From contig JBBRNJ010000022.1 in NCBI GenBank assembly GCA_038230375.1, positions 1-64,000 on the forward strand: a stretch of DNA of 64,000 bases, written 5' to 3'. A program made the position numbers and the translations under genes. A model generated the notes under the pieces. That model made no database searches and had not been told where the DNA came from. It was given only the letters and a program-made list of their open reading frames with translations. This document shows, piece after piece, positions 60,336-64,000 of this stretch; positions within the stretch are counted from its first letter, which is position 1, and every line of letters begins with the position of its first letter. The DNA is from Polyangiales bacterium. GTDB lineage: Bacteria; Myxococcota_A; Polyangia; Polyangiales; Polyangiaceae.

Positions 60336-61616
60336 TCACATCGGGCCCTGCGCGCATCGGCCGCCGGAGCAGAGCGCATCGCTCGGACACTCGGATGAGG
60401 TCCTGCAGGTGTCGCCATACCTTCGATCGTGAGGACTGCGCACGGACGGCGCTGCCGTCGGGGATGGCATCGGCGTGGTCGGCGCCGACGCGCTCGACGA
60501 AGGAGCGGGGGTGCCGGAGAGCGCGCGGATCGCGAACGCGGGTGGTTCCAGCTTTGGAGGTGCATCGCCCACGCCGACGAACGAGCGACCGAGCTCGCGT
60601 TCCAGCTCCAGCACCAGGTCCTGCTGGAGCGGCTCGAGCTGGTCGGATCGATACGAGATGTGCTCCGAGCTCATGGCGACCGCCTGCGACGCGCACACGA
60701 CCTTCTGCGTCGCAGGGTCCCAGGCGACGGCGTGAGCGACCGCGAACCCCGGATCGAATAGCATCGCGGGACGCGGCGTGGGATGGGTGAAGGCCTCGAG
60801 ATCGTCCTTGGGCGGCGGCGGCGGCGGTGCCACCTCGTGGGTCATCTTCGGATCGGCCCAGAAATCCACGAAAACGATGACGTCGATGCCCATGCCATCC
60901 GCTGCGAACGCGTTCATGCGCTCGAGGTAGTTCTTGTGATCGATCGCGCGGAGCGCCTTTGCTTCTGCGCGGAGCCGAGCGACGTCGTCCACGAGCGACA
61001 TGCTCGCCAGCGTGGGCGTCCTGTCCGAAGGCGCGGTCCTCAGCGGCGCGGGCGGCAGCACGAAGCGGTCTCCGTAGCCGCTGTTGTTCAGAGCGAGCGA
61101 TCCGCGAGGTATCTTGAGCGTGGCGAGCGGCGAGCGTGCTTCGGCGGGCGTGACGTCGATGAACGTCCAGCCGTACGCACCAGAGCTCTCCTCCAGCGAC
61201 CGGCTCTGATCCTTCTTGCGCAGATCCGGCCCAGGCACGCTTGCGTTGCAGCGGCCCAGATCGGCGCGCGCGCCGATCTCGCGATCCCTGATCCTTGGCC
61301 AGATCGCCGCGAACGCGGCCTGGCTCTTCTTCGCGTTGGCCTCGACGGTGCTCAAGGTATCGTCCACCTTCTTCTGCTCGGCGCTGGTGAGCGGCACCTT
61401 TCGATTGCGCCATTCCTCTTCGGCTATCGCGCCGATGATCGGACCGAAGCACGAGCCCAGCCCGACCGTGAGCAGCACGCCGAAGACACTCCACATCACG
61501 ATCTTCTTCCGCCTCGTCTGGCGATGAAGCTGCGCCTCGTAAGCGGACAGCTCGGCGAGCTCGGCGGAGGTCTGCTGCTGTCGAGAGTCGCGATAGCTCA
61601 CACGCCGAGTGTACAT
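60336..61616 (-). CDS. Hypothetical membrane-anchored protein with Cys-rich C-terminus
   Basis: One TM; CRTSSEC...CSGGRC tail. Confidence 0.7.
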   Translation of the reverse strand: MYTRRVSYRDSRQQQTSAELAELSAYEAQLHRQTRRKKIVMWSVFGVLLTVGLGSCFGPIIGAIAEEEWRNRKVPLTSAEQKKVDDTLSTVEANAKKSQAAFAAIWPRIRDREIGARADLGRCNASVPGPDLRKKDQSRSLEESSGAYGWTFIDVTPAEARSPLATLKIPRGSLALNNSGYGDRFVLPPAPLRTAPSDRTPTLASMSLVDDVARLRAEAKALRAIDHKNYLERMNAFAADGMGIDVIVFVDFWADPKMTHEVAPPPPPPKDDLEAFTHPTPRPAMLFDPGFAVAHAVAWDPATQKVVCASQAVAMSSEHISYRSDQLEPLQQDLVLELERELGRSFVGVGDAPPKLEPPAFAIRALSGTPAPSSSASAPTTPMPSPTAAPSVRSPHDRRYGDTCRTSSECPSDALCSGGRCAQGPM

Positions 61617-61741
61617 CGGAGTGGCTGTTGAGTCCGCCGCGGTGCGACCCTGATGTCATGGCCACGAGCGGCGTGATCTCACGAGGACACACAAAACCGG
61701 CTCGCTTCTGTCATGGCCCGACGATTGCTACCGCAGCACGC

Positions 61742-62251
61742 ATGCGAGCTTCCCTTTCACGCACGCTGCACGGGTTCACGGCGCTGGGCGCAGCGCTGGT
61801 TCTGATGGGCTGCGGCGAAGCGGCGGTCACGTACAAGGGGACCGTCACGGAGGCGGACGCGCCCGGCTTCACGTTCGACGACACGGCGAACCCAGACGCG
61901 AAGCGTGCGATCCCGGGCGTCTTCGTGACCCTGTGCGTCGCGAACGAATGCACGACGGACCTGGCGCCGCGAAGGAGCGACGCGACGACGAGCGCGCCGG
62001 ACGGCACGTGGGGCCCGCTCGATCAGATCTTTGGCGGCTCGCCCTTCGAGGACACGAAGATAGAGGTGCGCTTCGAAGCCGACGGGTTCGAGACGTTCTC
62101 CTACACGGCGATCTACGAGAAGACCCAGGACTGGGGCGGACAGTCGTTCCTCAACGTGCATCTGACGCGAACGACACCGCTACCGCGGCGACCGGCGCAC
62201 CCATCTCTCGGAAGCGAAGAGGGCATTTCTAGATCGGCCGCGCGCCAGTAG
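61742..62251 (+). CDS. Hypothetical lipoprotein
   Basis: LMGC lipobox; beta-rich body. Confidence 0.65.
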   Translation: MRASLSRTLHGFTALGAALVLMGCGEAAVTYKGTVTEADAPGFTFDDTANPDAKRAIPGVFVTLCVANECTTDLAPRRSDATTSAPDGTWGPLDQIFGGSPFEDTKIEVRFEADGFETFSYTAIYEKTQDWGGQSFLNVHLTRTTPLPRRPAHPSLGSEEGISRSAARQ

Positions 62252-62357
62252 CACTGCCACATGCGGGCACTGCGGGCGCAGTACGTCTCTGAGCGTCCGT
62301 CCGTGGCGCGGTCCGTGATATGAACGCGTCGTGGAGGAGGGCGCGTATCGACAGCCG

Positions 62358-64000
62358 ATGGCGGCGGAGGGACTGCCGTTTCCGCGAACGCAACTCACGG
62401 CGTTCACGTGCGCGGTCCTGGGTGCTGCCTTCGGGCTCGCTCTCCTTGCCGTGATCGGCTTCGCGGACGGACCCGCAACACAACACGTCCGGGCGTTCAG
62501 TGAAGGCGGGCCGGGGATGCTCCCGCTCCTCGTGCTTGCGGTGGTCGCCCCGGCCGTGACCGCGTTCGGTGCCATTCGTATGACGCGCGGGCGGCCGGTT
62601 CCCATCCTGATCTTCTTCTTTGCGGCGCTCTTACCGCGGCTCATCGGCGCCGTGCTCGGCTACGTCGAAGGCAAAAAGACGGACCGCGCGCTCGTCGGCG
62701 TCGTCGGCGACATCGTCCCTCGCATTGCGGCTGAGGGAACGTCGGAGGCGTCGCGGTCCATCATCCTTGGTGAGCTCGTGAGCGCTGCGTGTCTTGCCGT
62801 CCTCGCGGTGGGGGCGCTGGGTGCCATCGCCACGATCGACATCAGGCACCTCGCGACGAAGACGACACCACGCGATCGCCTGTTTTCACAGGCTACTTCG
62901 GCCTGCGCCTCCGCCTGGTTCGTGGCGTCCCTCGCGCTCTTCGCGTCTTGCGTGAGGAACGGCGAGCTCACGAATGTGCGGGTCGTGGTGCTGCTCGCCG
63001 TTGCCGCGTTCGCGTTCCTCGCGACGCGGGTCTCACGGTCCTCGCCCGCGCTCCGGGCTTCCCACGACCTGCATGAGCGCCGTCTTCACCTTGGCCTGGG
63101 TCTGCTCGGCGCGCTCTGCGCGCTCATGGCAACCCTGTTCCTGGAGCACGCGCTCACTGTTCGCGAGGACGCGTACGCGTTTGGCGCCATCGCCGGCGAG
63201 TCGGTGGACCCGCGGCAGCGCATCCACATCCTCCAGAGCGCGATCGGGTTCCGGAGGTATGCCGGGGTAGCGCTCCCGCTTCACGCGGTGCTCGGCACGC
63301 TCACGTTCGGCCTTGCGACAGCGACCGCGTTCGGCCCACGAACGACCAAGAAAACGGGGCTCCCGTGGCGCGCGGTCGCGGTGCAAGTCGGGGTCCTTGC
63401 GATCTTCGCGGTCCTCGCCATGGAGCGCAGGACACAGGTCGCGCGGCTGGTCATCGCGGGCGCCGCCTTCGATTTCGCTCGCGACATCGCGGCCCCTGGC
63501 GTCGTCGGGCTGACGGACCGGCGCGGCGTGGGCGACGGCCGCCGCCTCGTGATCACGGCAGGTGGCGCAATCCGCGAGGAGACCCCCCTCATGTACGACG
63601 ACGCGCCAGATCCTTCGCCGCAACCTCGCCGCCTCGAAGGCTTCGACACGTCGCCTTCGTCGCGCCTCGAGGTCATGGCGGACGAGCGTCTCACGAGCGC
63701 GTCCCTCGTGGAGCTCCTTGGCGCGAAGGGCATCCACGCGTTTCAGCTCATGGTGATCTCCACGCAGTCGGTCGAAGACGGTCTCCCGCCCATCGACCCA
63801 CGGCCGATCGGCGAGCTGGGTGCGCTCGTCGCGAACGGCTGGCTCCTCGGGATCGACGTCGACACGCAATACACCGGCGCGCCGGTCACGGCGGAGATGC
63901 GGAGCAAGGACACGCTCGCGGTCGTGTTCAACATTCCTGGCTCTGCGCCCACCCACGTGTCCACCGACCTCTCGAACCGGACCGAGGCGGTCCGTGCGCT
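62358..64000 (+). CDS. Polytopic membrane protein with TolQ/ExbB-like segments, truncated by the window end
   Basis: Frame read manually and open to the end; about 8 TM segments, EGGPGMLPL, RIAAEGTSEA, FGAIAGESVDP. Not in the ORF track. Confidence 0.75.
   Translation, partial: MAAEGLPFPRTQLTAFTCAVLGAAFGLALLAVIGFADGPATQHVRAFSEGGPGMLPLLVLAVVAPAVTAFGAIRMTRGRPVPILIFFFAALLPRLIGAVLGYVEGKKTDRALVGVVGDIVPRIAAEGTSEASRSIILGELVSAACLAVLAVGALGAIATIDIRHLATKTTPRDRLFSQATSACASAWFVASLALFASCVRNGELTNVRVVVLLAVAAFAFLATRVSRSSPALRASHDLHERRLHLGLGLLGALCALMATLFLEHALTVREDAYAFGAIAGESVDPRQRIHILQSAIGFRRYAGVALPLHAVLGTLTFGLATATAFGPRTTKKTGLPWRAVAVQVGVLAIFAVLAMERRTQVARLVIAGAAFDFARDIAAPGVVGLTDRRGVGDGRRLVITAGGAIREETPLMYDDAPDPSPQPRRLEGFDTSPSSRLEVMADERLTSASLVELLGAKGIHAFQLMVISTQSVEDGLPPIDPRPIGELGALVANGWLLGIDVDTQYTGAPVTAEMRSKDTLAVVFNIPGSAPTHVSTDLSNRTEAVRA

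Noticed and set aside
60298..61692. N-terminal extension of the 846-aa ORF
   Set aside because: Arg-rich off-frame read over the 60336-61616 gene; the signal peptide starts at 60297.

Overview
GC-rich bacterial chromosome segment whose gene content points to Myxococcota, probably Polyangiaceae-like (Ser/Thr kinases, TIGR02266-type PilZ, many Cys-rich lipoproteins, Agl-like TolQ/TolR motors). From left to right: a KS-KR-nitroreductase-long ACP-thiolase-carotenoid oxygenase operon; lipoproteins; an ABC ATPase; a P-type ATPase; a kinase; LolC/E; a Pro/Gln-rich GAF protein plus histidine kinase; a two-RRM protein; an esterase; a Mesh1-like HD protein; rpmG (missed by the ORF track); mreBCD-mrdA-rodA; two divergent TolQ-TolR-TolR operons; a DNA MTase-HD dNTPase-like operon; fumarase; nadA; PilZ; a kinase plus acyl-CoA ligase; an ECF/FecR pair; and a TolQ-like polytopic protein running off the right end. 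The most striking unexplained signal is non-coding: three ~147-bp long-hairpin elements (27400-27548, 34173-34320, 38123-38269). They share a covarying core (GCGGA-hairpin-GAGCAC), but their outer arms are locus-specific and each overlaps a start or stop codon of the neighbouring gene. A 4x24-bp tandem amplification of the same core and a dispersed (GACCTC)n microsatellite family also occur. No rRNA, tRNA, CRISPR array or transposase was seen. All family assignments come from motif reading and recall, not from database searches.
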